Assembly: GCA_040770465.1 (NCBI GenBank) | Contig: JAXGJB010000009.1 | Location: 1 to 64,000, forward strand | Length of the DNA: 64,000 nucleotides | Direction: 5' to 3' | From: Methanothrix sp. | GTDB lineage: Archaea > Halobacteriota > Methanosarcinia > Methanotrichales > Methanotrichaceae | Part shown: in pieces, positions 47,878 through 58,703 of the stretch | How positions within the stretch are numbered: the stretch's first letter is position 1 | How the letters are laid out: each line of letters begins with the position of its first letter | Translations under genes and position numbers: made by a program | The notes under the pieces: model-generated | What the model saw: the letters and a program-made list of their open reading frames with translations, nothing else | Told to the model about the DNA's origin: nothing | Database searches by the model: none

Positions 47878-49050
47878 TTGTCTGAAGTTATAGTCCTCGC
47901 CTATTCTGGAGGCCTCGATACGTCGGTCTGCATCCCCCTCCTCCGGGAGCATTACGGCTTTGACAAGGTGATAACGGTCCTGACGGACGTGGGCCAGCCG
48001 AAGGAGGATATCGAGAGGGGAAACAAGAGGGCTGAGAAGCTGAGCGACGAGCATTTCGTCATCGACGCGAAGGATGAGTTCGTCAACGACTACATCTTCC
48101 CAGCCATCAAGGCCAACGGCTCTTACGAGGGGTACGTCCTGGGCACCGCCATCGCCCGGCCCCTGATAGCGAGAAAGACGGTGGAGATCGCAAAAAAGCT
48201 CGGCTCCGACGCCCTCGGCCACGGCTGCACCGGGAGGGGAAACGACCAGCTGAGGTTTGAGGCGATATTCAGGGCGACGGATATGAGGGTGGTGGCCCCG
48301 ATGCGCGAGATGGACCTGAGCCGCGAGTGGGAGATCGATTACGCTCGAGACCACGGGATAGACGTCCCCGTCACCCGGGAGAAGCCCTGGTCCATCGACG
48401 AGAACCTCTGGTCCAGGAGCATCGAGGGCGGCCTTCTCGAGGACCCCTTCTTCGAGCCACCTGAGGAGATCTACGCCTGGACCAGGTCGCCTGAGGGAGG
48501 GCTCCCCCCCCGGAAGGTGGAGATAGAGTTCTCTCGCGGGGTGCCGGTCGCCCTCGACGGCGTGAAGATGAACGGCGTCGAGCTGATCTCAGAGCTTAAC
48601 AGGATCGCGGGAGAGCACGGAGTCGGCAGGACCGACATGGTCGAGGACCGGGTCCTGGGGCTGAAGGCGAGGGAGAACTATGAGCACCCGGCGGCGACGG
48701 TCCTTCTCAACGCCCATCAGGACCTGGAACGGCTGGTCCTCTCCCGGGCGGAGCTGCGGTTCAAGGCGATGGTGGACGAGGCCTGGTCGGAGCTCGCCTA
48801 CATGGGCCTGGTGAACGATCCCCTCTACGCCGACCTCTCCGCCTTCGTCGATGCAAGCTCGAAGAGGGTGAACGGCACGGTCAAGATGAAACTGTCTTCT
48901 GGAAGGGCTTTCTCCGTCGGAAGGAGGTCGCCGGACGCCATTTACGACCAGGAGATGGTCTCCTTCGACAGCCAGACCCTGAGCCAGAGGGACGCTGAGG
49001 GGTTTGCCAAGTACCACGGCTTTCAGGCCCGGTTCCTCGCGAAGCGGTGA
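47878..49050 (+). CDS. argG: Argininosuccinate synthase
   Basis: [31 protein letters not shown] and GLKARENYE motifs. Confidence 0.96.
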   Translation: MSEVIVLAYSGGLDTSVCIPLLREHYGFDKVITVLTDVGQPKEDIERGNKRAEKLSDEHFVIDAKDEFVNDYIFPAIKANGSYEGYVLGTAIARPLIARKTVEIAKKLGSDALGHGCTGRGNDQLRFEAIFRATDMRVVAPMREMDLSREWEIDYARDHGIDVPVTREKPWSIDENLWSRSIEGGLLEDPFFEPPEEIYAWTRSPEGGLPPRKVEIEFSRGVPVALDGVKMNGVELISELNRIAGEHGVGRTDMVEDRVLGLKARENYEHPAATVLLNAHQDLERLVLSRAELRFKAMVDEAWSELAYMGLVNDPLYADLSAFVDASSKRVNGTVKMKLSSGRAFSVGRRSPDAIYDQEMVSFDSQTLSQRDAEGFAKYHGFQARFLAKR

Positions 49051-49123
49051 GATCGCAAAGCTCTGAGGTTGCGAAGGCGCTGAGGGGCAGACTATATCAG
49101 CAATTAGAGCCTGAAACTCAACC

Positions 49124-49504
49124 ATGGCTGAGCTGGTAATTTCGGAGAAGTCGGGGTCAAAAGACCTCGCCCCCATCGCGCTGGCCGCGAACCAGATCCT
49201 GGGGCTTCCCGTCACCATGAGGAGCCTCGACGCCCCCGGTGTGAGGGTGGAGAAGGGGAAGGTTCTCGACGAGGAGTATTCGGGGCCGATCCTCGAAGAG
49301 GTGATGGCCTCGGGAAAGGCCACGAGGACGGTGCCCAAAAGCGGGGTTTACGGAGGCGTTCCCGTATCCGTCGCCCCCATAATGGACCGGGATGGAAAAG
49401 TGATCGCGGCGATGGGGGTAGTGGACGTCGTCGGGACCATCGACATCCCCGCCGTCTTCGGCGCTTACACCGAGGTCGTCAAAGAGGTATCGGGGAAGAG
49501 ATGA
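49124..49504 (+). CDS. DUF2111-like methanogen protein
   Basis: LPVTMRS...GVRVEKG.V.D..YSGPILE and GVPVSVAPI..AAMGVVD pattern. Confidence 0.75.
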   Translation: MAELVISEKSGSKDLAPIALAANQILGLPVTMRSLDAPGVRVEKGKVLDEEYSGPILEEVMASGKATRTVPKSGVYGGVPVSVAPIMDRDGKVIAAMGVVDVVGTIDIPAVFGAYTEVVKEVSGKR

Positions 49505-49562
49505 GGCTCTGGAGATGAGGCTCTGGAGATGAGGCTCTGGAGATGAGGCTCTGGAGATGAGG
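49498..49562 (+). repeat. 14-bp tandem repeat (GAGATGAGGCTCTG), four copies plus a partial copy
   Basis: Four perfect units with no spacers; the downstream gene start AGATGAGGATCCGGAG is a degenerate unit. Confidence 0.95.
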
Positions 49563-49570
49563 ATCAGTAG

Positions 49571-50038
49571 ATGAGGATCCGGAGGGCGGAGGCCGGGGAC
49601 CTCCCCTCGATCCTCGCCGCGGAGAGGGCCTGTTTCTCCCCGGACCTCGCCTTCCCTCCCGAGACCGTCTCCTTCCTCGTCGCGGAGGCGACGACCCTGG
49701 TGGCCGAGGACGGCGCCCTTTTCGGCTTCGTCGGAGGCTTCGTCAGCGGCGGGTGGGGGAAGGTGGTGACTTTGAACGTCCTTTCTGAACGTCGCGGAGA
49801 GGGCGTCGGCAGGAGGCTGATGGAGGCCCTGGAAGTGGAGTTCGCATCTTTTGGCGCCAGGGCCATCATCCTTGAGGTCTCGGTGGAGAACCGGGAAGCC
49901 GTCTCCCTCTACGGGAAGTTGGGCTACGAGAAGGTCGCCCTCCTCGACGGGTACTACGGCCCCGGGAAGGCCGCCATTCTGATGAAGAAGATGCTGAACG
50001 CCGGCACCCTTCTTTCAAACCACAAAATATATCGATAA
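49571..50038 (+). CDS. RimI-like GNAT acetyltransferase
   Basis: RRGEGVGRRL, LEVSVENREA..LY.KLGY and YYG motifs. Confidence 0.85.
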   Translation: MRIRRAEAGDLPSILAAERACFSPDLAFPPETVSFLVAEATTLVAEDGALFGFVGGFVSGGWGKVVTLNVLSERRGEGVGRRLMEALEVEFASFGARAIILEVSVENREAVSLYGKLGYEKVALLDGYYGPGKAAILMKKMLNAGTLLSNHKIYR

Positions 50039-50058
50039 ATAGAACGATTTAATCGGCC

Positions 50059-53000
50059 ATGAAGCTCTTGGCCCTGTCAATTCTCATCATCGCCATGACC
50101 TTTGCATCTGCGGCCGCCGGAGATGACCCGTCTGGAGGATGGCTCGGGAAGGCCATAGGCTTCTACACCAACGAATCTTACGATCTGGCTCTTCTTTATG
50201 TGAACAAGTCTCTGGACATCGATCCAGCCTATCCGGACGCCCTGAACCTTAAAGGGTACATCCTCAGCGATCTCGGGAGGTTTGATGAGGCTGAGGGGTG
50301 TTTCAATCGGTCTCTGGCGATCGACCCCTCGGACCCCCGCATCTGGTACAGCGAGGGCTTCGTCCAACAGGCCCTGGGGATGTACGATCGGGCCCTGGAA
50401 TCTTACGACCGCGCCATCGATCTCAACTCCACCGACCCGGACTTCTGGCGGGCGCGGGGGCTTGCCCTCTACAGCCTCGGACGGTACGAGGAGGCGGTTT
50501 CTTCCTACGACGAGGCGCTGGTGATCTATCCCGCCCAGGGCGACATCTGGTACCAGAAGGGGCTCGCCCTCAGCAGCATGGAGAGGTACGACGAGGCGAT
50601 CGAATGTTACGACTTCGCCATCACCATCGACGGATCGGACGCTGCATCCTGGCACGCCAAGGGCTTTGCCCTTTACAGCCTGGGGAGGTCCGAGGAGGCC
50701 CTGGATTGCTACGACCGGGCGATAGCGATCGACCCATCCAGCACCGACGTCTGGTACAACAAGGGGATCGTCCTAGCAAGCCTGGGAAGGGGAGAGGAGG
50801 CGGATCGATGCTACGACGCCGCCGTCGAGATCGATCCCCAATACTATCCGGCCTGGTACAACAAGGGTCTCTCTCTCTTCGGCCTCGGCATGTACAACGA
50901 GTCGATCGCGTGCTACGACCGGGCGATAGCGATCGACCCGTCCCTCGTCGCCGTATGGAACAACAAGGGGAACGCCCTCTTCAGCCTGGGCAGATTCGAT
51001 GAAGCCCTGGTCTGCTATCGGAGGGCTGTAGAGATCGATCCGAGCTACTCCAACGCCTGGTACAACCAGGGGATAGTCCTTCAGCGGCTGGGACTGGGTG
51101 AGGAGGCGGTGGAGGCTTACGACCGTTTGATCGAGATAGATCCCGGCTACAGGGACGTCTGGTACAACAGGGGGCTCGCCCTCTTCGGCCTCGGGAGGTT
51201 TGAGGAGGCGATCGTCTCCTTCGACAGGGTTTTTGAGACCGACCCCGCCAACGGCGACGCCTGGTACAATCAGGGGCTCGCCTTGAGTCGCCTGGGCAGG
51301 TACGAGGAGGCCCTGGGATGCTACGATAAGGCCCTGGAGTCGGACCCCCGCCGGACGGACGTTTTGAACAACAAGTGCAACACCCTCTACGGCCTCGCCC
51401 GGTACAACGAGTCGGTGAGCTGTTACGACCAGGTCATCGGGGTCGATCCCGGCTACGAGAACGCCTGGTACAACAAGGGGGTCGCCCTCTATCGGCTGGG
51501 GAGGTACCAGGAGGCGGTCACCTGTTACGACGAGTCGATATCCATAAACTCCTCCCGGGTCGACGCCTGGCGCGGCAGAGCCGACGCATTTTCTGGCCTT
51601 TCGATGTACGACGAAGCGGTAGAATCCTACGACGGGGCCATCGCCCTCGATCCCGACGACCCGGACGTCTGGTACAACAGGGGGCTTCTCCTCTACAACG
51701 CCAGCAGGCTGGAGGAGGCCGTCGACAGCTTCGATCGGGTCATCGAGATCGACGACTCTTATCCCGAGGTATGGCGGTTGAAGGGGCTCGCCCTCTACGA
51801 CCTGGGGCGGTTTGAGGAGTCGATCGAATGTTACGACCAGGCTCTGTTGATCAGCCCCTCGGACGTCTCCCTCTGGTACAACAAGGGGGTTGTCCTCTCA
51901 AGCCTTGGCAGATACGAGGATGCCATATACTGCTATGACAGGCTAATCGAGATCGATCGTTACGATAAAGGGGACGCCCTCTACAGTCTGGGCAGGTACG
52001 ACGAGGCCATAGACTGCTATGATAAGGTGATAGAGGTGAGCCCCTTCGCGGCGAAGGCCTGGTACCAGAAGGGGTTGGCCCACCAGATGCTCGGCGATTT
52101 CGTCAACGCCTCCGAATGTTACGACGAGGTCATCGAGATCGACCCCTCTTATGAAGGGGTCTGGCGGAGCCGGGGTCGCGTCCTCTTCATGCTGGGAGAT
52201 TACGATGGTGCCCTCGTCTCTTACGATGCGGTCCTGAAGGACGATCCAACGGACCTTGAGGCCATGAAGGGGAAGGGCGACTCCCTCCGCCACCTGGAGA
52301 GGTTCGAGGAGGCCCTCGCCTGCTACGATGATATCCTGAAGATCGACCCTGAGGACCCGAAGGCCTGGAGCGGCAAGGCCCTCGCCCTCACCGGCCTCGA
52401 GAGGTTCGACGAGGCGATAGGGTGTTACGATCAGGCCATCGTGATGAACTCCTCGGAGAAGGATTTCTGGATCGGCAGAGGCGGCGTCCTGGCAAAGGCC
52501 GGGAGGACCACCGATGCGATCGAGTCATACGACCGGGCCATCTCCCTCGATCCCCTGGATGCCCGGGCATGGTATGAGAGGGGCCTCGCCCTCACGAGTG
52601 CCGGAAGGTTCGAGGAGGCCATCGCCTCCTACGACGAGGCGATCTCTATAGATCCGTCCCGAGCGGATGCCTGGCACGGCAAAGGGACCGTCCTCGAGGG
52701 TTTGGGGCGGGGTGAGGATGCCCTCGCCTGCTATGACGGCGCTCTCCAGGCGAACCCCTCGGACTCGGCCTCCTGGCTCCGGAAGGGCTCGGTCCTGGAG
52801 GGTATGGAGAAGAGCGCAGAGGCTCTCGCCTGCTACGAGAGGGCGGCAGATATCGATCCGACCTCTGCCGAGGCCCGGGCGAGGAGAGGGCACATACTCT
52901 TGGGCATGAGTCGGTATGCTGAAGCCCTGGAATCTTACAACCGATCGGTGGAGATCGACCCGTCCAATGCTACGATCTGGTTCGAGAGGGGCCAGACCCT

Positions 53001-53271
53001 TCAGAACCTCGGCAGGCTCCAGGAGTCTGTGGAGAGCTACAACCGGTCGACGGAGATCAGTCCAGACTCCGCCGAGGTCTGGTACACCAGGGGAACGGCC
53101 CTCGACGGCCTCGGCCTATACGAGGAGGCTGTAGAAAGCTACGACCGAGCCTTGGCCCTCGATCCCGACGACGCGAAGATCTGGAACCGGAAGGGAGACG
53201 ACCTCTACAAGCTGGGCCGGCACAAGGAGGCCGTCGAGTCCTACGACAGGTTCATCGAGCTCAGCTCGTAG
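50059..53271 (+). CDS. Secreted TPR-repeat protein (about 30 TPRs)
   Basis: Signal peptide followed by continuous W.NKG..L..LGRYEEA..CYD.AI.IDP repeats. Confidence 0.92.
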   Translation: MKLLALSILIIAMTFASAAAGDDPSGGWLGKAIGFYTNESYDLALLYVNKSLDIDPAYPDALNLKGYILSDLGRFDEAEGCFNRSLAIDPSDPRIWYSEGFVQQALGMYDRALESYDRAIDLNSTDPDFWRARGLALYSLGRYEEAVSSYDEALVIYPAQGDIWYQKGLALSSMERYDEAIECYDFAITIDGSDAASWHAKGFALYSLGRSEEALDCYDRAIAIDPSSTDVWYNKGIVLASLGRGEEADRCYDAAVEIDPQYYPAWYNKGLSLFGLGMYNESIACYDRAIAIDPSLVAVWNNKGNALFSLGRFDEALVCYRRAVEIDPSYSNAWYNQGIVLQRLGLGEEAVEAYDRLIEIDPGYRDVWYNRGLALFGLGRFEEAIVSFDRVFETDPANGDAWYNQGLALSRLGRYEEALGCYDKALESDPRRTDVLNNKCNTLYGLARYNESVSCYDQVIGVDPGYENAWYNKGVALYRLGRYQEAVTCYDESISINSSRVDAWRGRADAFSGLSMYDEAVESYDGAIALDPDDPDVWYNRGLLLYNASRLEEAVDSFDRVIEIDDSYPEVWRLKGLALYDLGRFEESIECYDQALLISPSDVSLWYNKGVVLSSLGRYEDAIYCYDRLIEIDRYDKGDALYSLGRYDEAIDCYDKVIEVSPFAAKAWYQKGLAHQMLGDFVNASECYDEVIEIDPSYEGVWRSRGRVLFMLGDYDGALVSYDAVLKDDPTDLEAMKGKGDSLRHLERFEEALACYDDILKIDPEDPKAWSGKALALTGLERFDEAIGCYDQAIVMNSSEKDFWIGRGGVLAKAGRTTDAIESYDRAISLDPLDARAWYERGLALTSAGRFEEAIASYDEAISIDPSRADAWHGKGTVLEGLGRGEDALACYDGALQANPSDSASWLRKGSVLEGMEKSAEALACYERAADIDPTSAEARARRGHILLGMSRYAEALESYNRSVEIDPSNATIWFERGQTLQNLGRLQESVESYNRSTEISPDSAEVWYTRGTALDGLGLYEEAVESYDRALALDPDDAKIWNRKGDDLYKLGRHKEAVESYDRFIELSS

Positions 53272-53370
53272 TAGAAGAAAGAAGCTCGGCCCGCGATCTA
53301 CCTTGGGTCCGGCGGGCCTTGCAGAGGGGCCACCAAAAGATATATCGAAGACGAGAGGCATCAGGCGCCC

Positions 53371-55236
53371 ATGAGAATCGGGGCTCTTCTCCTGCTGACC
53401 TTCGTCCTCGCCCTGGCAGCTCCCGCAAAGTGCGATGAGCCGTCGGCCCTCGACCATCTCGAAGAGGCGAACCGCTCTTATCAGGAGGGAAAAATCGACC
53501 TGGCCCTTCAGTCCCTGAACAGATCTATCGAGATCGATCCGGACCAGGCCGAAGCGTGGATCTTCCGGGGGGAGATAGCCCTCTACAACCTGAGCGATCG
53601 AGAGCTTGCGGCAGAGTCCTTCGATCGGGCCCTCGAGATCGATCCAAAGAACGCAAAAGCCTGGTACGATCTGGGAAACGCCCTATCCTTTCTCGGCAGC
53701 ATCGATGAGGCCCTTCAGGCTTACAACCAGTCTCTGGCGATAGATCCCAATAACGAGAGGGCATGGAACAACAAGGGCCTGATCCTGGGGGTTTTAGGCA
53801 GGTACGAGGAGGCAATAGACTGTTTTGGCCGAGCCCTCAATTCTAACCCAAACCTCGCTGAGGCCTGGCAGAATAAGGGGAGCGCCCTCCGAGCGCTGGG
53901 AAAGAACGAAGAGGCCCTCGATTGCTTCGATTCCGCTCTGGAGATTGACTCAAACCTATCAGGGTCCTGGAAGGGGGCTGCCGACGCCCTCCGGTCTCTG
54001 GGAAGGACCGATGAGGCGGTCGAGCGCCTCGACGGGGCTCTTCTGGTCGACCCCGAAGACAAGGCCGCCTGGAACGAGAGGGGTCTCCTCCTCGGCGTCC
54101 TGGGGAGGTACGAGGAGGCGGTCGAGAGCTTCGATTCGGCGATCGCCATCGATCCGAACTACTCCCTCGCCTGGAACAACAAGGGGCTCGCCCTCCACGA
54201 TCTCGGGAGTATCGAAGAGGCCCTGGAATGTTACGACCGGGCCGTCGAGATCGACCCCTCTTTCGTCCTCGCCCTGTACAATCGGGGTAGGGCTCTGTAC
54301 GACCTGGGAAGGCTCGAAGAGGCGATCGAAGCTTACAACTCGACCTTGGAGGCCGATCAATCATTCTACCTCGCCTGGAACAATCGAGGCGTTGCCCTCG
54401 TCGACCTGGGGAAGATCGACGAGGGGCTCGCAAGCTACGACGGGGCCATCGCGATAAATCCGGACTACGATATCGCCTGGTACAACAGGGGGTCCGCTCT
54501 CTACCAGCAGGGCGAGTTCTTCGAGGCGATCAAGTGCTACGACGAGGTGATCAGGATCGACCCGTCGAGCGCCGACGCCTGGCACAGCAAAGGCCACGCC
54601 ATCTATCGAATGGGCCGCCCCGGCGAGGCGGTCTGGTGCTACGACCAGGCCCTCGATATAGATCCCGAGAGGGCCGAGACCTGGCTTGACAAGGGGATCG
54701 CCCTCGCCGGCATGAACAGAAAGGCGGAGGCTGGCGAGGCTTTCGACCGGGCGATAGCGATCGATCCGGAGTATGAGCCCGCCTGGTACAGGAAAGGCAT
54801 TCTCGCCTACGGCTCCGGCGAGGTCGAGGAGGCGTTTGACCTCTTTTCTCAGGCCACCCTCCTCGACCCACAACATGCCGAAGCCTGGAACAACAGAGGA
54901 TGGCTCCTCCACACCCTCGGCAGAGACGATGAGGCCCTCGACTCCCTGGACCGGGCCCTGGAGGCGAACTCCTCCCAGGTGGATGCCTGGAACAACAAGG
55001 GCGTCGTCCTCTCGGCCCTGGGGAGGTACGAAGAGGCTCTGGCCTGCTACAACAGAACCATCGAGCTCGATCCGGGTCACGCCAACGCCTGGAACAACAA
55101 GGGGGCAGCCCTCTATAGCCTCGGACGTTACGAGGAGGCCCTCGAATGCTACAATAGGGCGCTTGAGATAAAACCCGGCTTCGTCGACGCCAAGGCGAAC
55201 AGGGCGTCGGTCCTCCGGAGATTGCAGGAGGGGTGA
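53371..55236 (+). CDS. Secreted TPR-repeat protein (about 17 TPRs)
   Basis: Signal peptide followed by TPR consensus repeats only. Confidence 0.92.
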   Translation: MRIGALLLLTFVLALAAPAKCDEPSALDHLEEANRSYQEGKIDLALQSLNRSIEIDPDQAEAWIFRGEIALYNLSDRELAAESFDRALEIDPKNAKAWYDLGNALSFLGSIDEALQAYNQSLAIDPNNERAWNNKGLILGVLGRYEEAIDCFGRALNSNPNLAEAWQNKGSALRALGKNEEALDCFDSALEIDSNLSGSWKGAADALRSLGRTDEAVERLDGALLVDPEDKAAWNERGLLLGVLGRYEEAVESFDSAIAIDPNYSLAWNNKGLALHDLGSIEEALECYDRAVEIDPSFVLALYNRGRALYDLGRLEEAIEAYNSTLEADQSFYLAWNNRGVALVDLGKIDEGLASYDGAIAINPDYDIAWYNRGSALYQQGEFFEAIKCYDEVIRIDPSSADAWHSKGHAIYRMGRPGEAVWCYDQALDIDPERAETWLDKGIALAGMNRKAEAGEAFDRAIAIDPEYEPAWYRKGILAYGSGEVEEAFDLFSQATLLDPQHAEAWNNRGWLLHTLGRDDEALDSLDRALEANSSQVDAWNNKGVVLSALGRYEEALACYNRTIELDPGHANAWNNKGAALYSLGRYEEALECYNRALEIKPGFVDAKANRASVLRRLQEG

Positions 55237-55418
55237 TGGCTGATGGCTGATCCGAGATGGGGTCCAGGAAGGCCGGCAAATGGACGGCGTTCTTCCCTTA
55301 GATCGCAGGAGGGGTGAAGGCCGATCCGAGAGGATCGCGCTATCTGCCACGTCGAGGCGAGTTCAGCGCAAATAACGCGCAAAGTATTTCAGGCATAGGC
55401 CGAAAGTGGGCCGTTACT

Positions 55419-56255
55419 ATGATGAACGGAATCAGGACTACCCTACTTTTGGCAAGCCTTACAGGGCTGATGCTTCTGATCGGGGGAGCCCTGGGTGGCA
55501 GAGGCGGCATGATGATAGCCCTCCTCTTCTCCCTGGTGATGAACATGGGAACGTACTGGTACAGCGATAAAATTGTACTGAAGATGTACCACGCGAAGGA
55601 GGTGACTCCTGCCGGGTCGCCGGAGCTCTACGGGATCGTCCGGGGGCTCGTCGACCGGGCGAAGATGCCGATGCCGAAGGTCTACATCGTCGACACCCCC
55701 ATGGCCAACGCCTTTGCCACCGGCAGGAACCCTTCGCACGCTGCCGTGGCCGTCACCACCGGCATAATGAGAATTCTGGACAGAAATGAGCTGGAGGCGG
55801 TCGTGGCTCACGAGCTATCTCACGTAAGGAATAGAGATACTCTGATCAGCTCCGTCGCCGCCACCATCGCCGGCGTCATAACCTTCATAGCCAACATGGC
55901 CCAGTGGGCTCTCATCTTCGGGGGCGGGAACGACGATGATGGGGGCAACATCGTCAGCATCCTGGCCATGGCGATCCTCGCACCCATCGCGGCTCTCATA
56001 ATCCAGATGGCGATATCCCGTTCCCGGGAGTTTGGGGCCGACGCCGGCGGGGCCGAACTCTCTGGCCATCCCATGGCTCTGGCCAGCGCCCTCTCGAAGC
56101 TGGATATGGCATCTGGAAGGGCTCCTGTCGACGTCAACCCCTCGACCGCCCACATCTTCATAGTCAACCCCCTCAAGGGCAAGAAGCTCGCCTCCCTCTT
56201 CTCAACTCATCCGAGCACCGAAGAGAGGATCGCGCGGCTCTCTGCGATGCAATAG
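55419..56255 (+). CDS. htpX: Zinc metalloprotease HtpX
   Basis: [27 protein letters not shown] and [11 protein letters not shown] motifs. Confidence 0.95.
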   Translation: MMNGIRTTLLLASLTGLMLLIGGALGGRGGMMIALLFSLVMNMGTYWYSDKIVLKMYHAKEVTPAGSPELYGIVRGLVDRAKMPMPKVYIVDTPMANAFATGRNPSHAAVAVTTGIMRILDRNELEAVVAHELSHVRNRDTLISSVAATIAGVITFIANMAQWALIFGGGNDDDGGNIVSILAMAILAPIAALIIQMAISRSREFGADAGGAELSGHPMALASALSKLDMASGRAPVDVNPSTAHIFIVNPLKGKKLASLFSTHPSTEERIARLSAMQ

Positions 56256-56414
56256 AGCTCTCTATTGATCTCTGCTCGACGTTGTGAGGGCGGAGATCCT
56301 TAACCCATCCCGGCGTCGTTAGGGCAGAGGCCATTTCGTATTTTGAGATCGTGGAATATGGAAATCCGATGGTGATGTAAAATAATTGAAACGTGACGAA
56401 GAGAGAAATCCTCG

Positions 56415-57731
56415 ATGACCCCTGAGATAATAATCATATTTTTGCTGATAATCGCCAACAGCATCTTCGCTCTCTCCGAGATAGCCGTCGTCTCATCCCG
56501 GAAGGCCAAACTACAGCAGATGAAAGAGGAGGGGAACTCGGGCGCCAAAACCGCTCTCGATCTCGCAAATGAGCCCACGCCCTTCCTCTCGACGATACAG
56601 ATCGGGATAACCCTCATAGGGACTCTGGCGGGGGCCTTTGGAGGCGCCACCATCGCCGAGGAGCTGGCCCTGGTGATGGAAGGTACACCGGCTCTGGCAT
56701 CTCACAGCCAGCTCTTCAGCATCGGGATCGTGGTGGCGGGGATCACATATCTGACCCTGGTCCTCGGAGAGCTGGTTCCCAAGAGGGTGGCGTTGAGCAA
56801 CCCCGAGAAGATCGCATCCTTCGTCGCCTCGCCCATGAGCCTCCTCTCCAGGATCGCCGCACCCCTGGTCTTTGTGCTGACCGCCTCAACTAACCTGGTA
56901 ATCAGGATCCTTGGCATAAAGCCGAACGATGAACCTCCGGTCACAGAGGAGGAGATCAAGATCCTGATAGACCTGGGGACGGGGGCGGGGGTCTTCGAGG
57001 AGGCGGAGAAGGAAATGGTGGAGAGGGTCTTCCGCCTCGGGGACAGGAGAGTTGCAACCTTTATGACCCCGAGGTCGAAGATCGTATGGCTCGACGTCGA
57101 TGATACGCCGGAGACGATCCGGGAGAAGACATCCGGCAGGTCTTACTCCCTATTTCCCGTATGCAAGGACGATCTTGACAAAGTCGTCGGGGTGGTCCAG
57201 GCAAAAGACCTCCTCTCGCATGCCGACGAGGGTGATGAGTTCGACCTCTCGGGGGCCGTCCTCCCCCCTCTATTCGTTCCCGAGAGCATGAGGGGCTTGA
57301 AGGTCCTGGAGCGGTTCAAGGAGACGGGGATCCATCTGGCCATCGTCGTGGACGAGTACGGCGCAGTCCAGGGGGTGGTGGCTCTCACAGACATCCTGGA
57401 GGCGATAGTGGGGGATATCCCTCACATCGACGAGCTGACAGAGCCTCAGATGATACGAAGGGAGGACGGCTCCTGGCTGATAGACGGCATGATGCAGATC
57501 GACGAGTTCAAGGAGGCCTTCGGGGTAGATGAGCTGCCGGAGGAGGACGGGGGCCTCTATCAGACCCTGGGCGGCTTTGTGATAATATACTTTGAGCGGA
57601 TACCATCTTCAGGCGACCACTTCGACTGGGGTGATCTTCGCTTCGAGGTGGTGGACATGGACTACAACCGGGTGGACAAGCTCCTGGTCGCGCCCTTGAA
57701 GAGATCCCCTGATGAGAAGCGTGGATCTTAA
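56415..57731 (+). CDS. Hemolysin-family / CNNM-CBS-CorC membrane protein
   Basis: FALSEIAVVS, FLSTIQIGITL, GELVPK, CBS pair (VVDEYG) and CorC C-domain. Confidence 0.9.
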   Translation: MTPEIIIIFLLIIANSIFALSEIAVVSSRKAKLQQMKEEGNSGAKTALDLANEPTPFLSTIQIGITLIGTLAGAFGGATIAEELALVMEGTPALASHSQLFSIGIVVAGITYLTLVLGELVPKRVALSNPEKIASFVASPMSLLSRIAAPLVFVLTASTNLVIRILGIKPNDEPPVTEEEIKILIDLGTGAGVFEEAEKEMVERVFRLGDRRVATFMTPRSKIVWLDVDDTPETIREKTSGRSYSLFPVCKDDLDKVVGVVQAKDLLSHADEGDEFDLSGAVLPPLFVPESMRGLKVLERFKETGIHLAIVVDEYGAVQGVVALTDILEAIVGDIPHIDELTEPQMIRREDGSWLIDGMMQIDEFKEAFGVDELPEEDGGLYQTLGGFVIIYFERIPSSGDHFDWGDLRFEVVDMDYNRVDKLLVAPLKRSPDEKRGS

Positions 57732-57897
57732 AGAGGCCCCATGACGGGGAGAAGGTAGCTTAAAGAGATGCCATGATGCAAATAATCGGCACTTGATCGA
57801 GGGAGGACGTTTGGGCTGGCGACGATCATCATATGGCGACGCGAGATCGAGTCGTACAATCCCGATTCATCTTCGTAGTTCGACCATCGACGAAACC

Positions 57898-57935
57898 TTT
57901 ATATAATCACCAGCGGTTACTAACTATAAATTACC
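57898..57935 (+). promoter_or_regulatory. TATA box and candidate repressor site for the ArsR-cdc48-lonB unit
   Basis: AAACC-TTTATATA followed by TAATC..GGTTA / CTAAC-containing imperfect inverted repeats. Confidence 0.45.
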
Positions 57936-57941
57936 TTTTGA

Positions 57942-58658
57942 GTGATCGTTTTGGATCCCGTAGAGATTCTGGACATACTGGGGAACGAGAACCGCAGAAG
58001 GATCCTCCAGCTCCTATCATTCCGCCCCTTCTACTTCAACGAGATGGCAAAGAGGCTCGACCTCGGCCCCAAGGCGGTGATAGACCACCTGGAGATGCTG
58101 GAGCGGGCGGGGCTCATCGAGTGCTACCGGGACGACCGGAGGCGGAAGTACTTCAGGATAGCCGATAACGTCGTCTTAGAGGTGGCCTTCTCACCCCACT
58201 CTTATGGGATCAGAACCTATCGGCCCGAGGAACTCCAGAGGTCCGCGGCCACGGCTGCCAGGGGCGAAGGGTTGGCGGGTCAGGCCATGCCAAAAAGATC
58301 GAGATCCGATTCGCCGAGGTCCGATTCGCCGGCCCGGGATCAGGGCCGCTCCGGGGAGATGGATGGAATCTGCTCGCGGCTCCGGGAGCTGGAAGAGGAG
58401 AGGCTCCGGCTGAGAAGGCTGATGGAAGAGATATACTCTGAGGAGATCTTGATCAGGAGGCTGGCCTTCGGGCTCATAGAGGAGTGCGCCACAGACCAGC
58501 TGGAGGCGGATATCCTCACCGCCCTAGTATCCGGCGAGTCGGGGACCGAATCCCTGGCCCGGAGGCTCGGGATCCCCCAGGCCGTGGTGGAAGAGAGGCT
58601 GAAGGTCCTTTTGGACCAGGGGAAGGTTCAAAAGCGGGACGATGGTTGGACGATATGA
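57942..58658 (+). CDS. ArsR-family HTH regulator (HSR1-like heat-shock regulator)
   Basis: LDILGNENRRRILQLLS.RP...E....L.GPKAVIDHLEMLE.AGLIE; sits directly upstream of cdc48. Confidence 0.82.
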   Translation: MIVLDPVEILDILGNENRRRILQLLSFRPFYFNEMAKRLDLGPKAVIDHLEMLERAGLIECYRDDRRRKYFRIADNVVLEVAFSPHSYGIRTYRPEELQRSAATAARGEGLAGQAMPKRSRSDSPRSDSPARDQGRSGEMDGICSRLRELEEERLRLRRLMEEIYSEEILIRRLAFGLIEECATDQLEADILTALVSGESGTESLARRLGIPQAVVEERLKVLLDQGKVQKRDDGWTI

Positions 58659-58703
58659 GCGAATTCGGACCAGGTGGACCAAGGATATCGGACCTCGATC
58701 AGC

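Noticed and set aside
49498-49562. CRISPR array
   Set aside because: 14-bp units are directly adjacent, with no spacers and no cas genes.
58305-58335. 15-bp duplication (SDSPR x2) in the ArsR gene
   Set aside because: In-frame slippage in a disordered linker, with no evident consequence.
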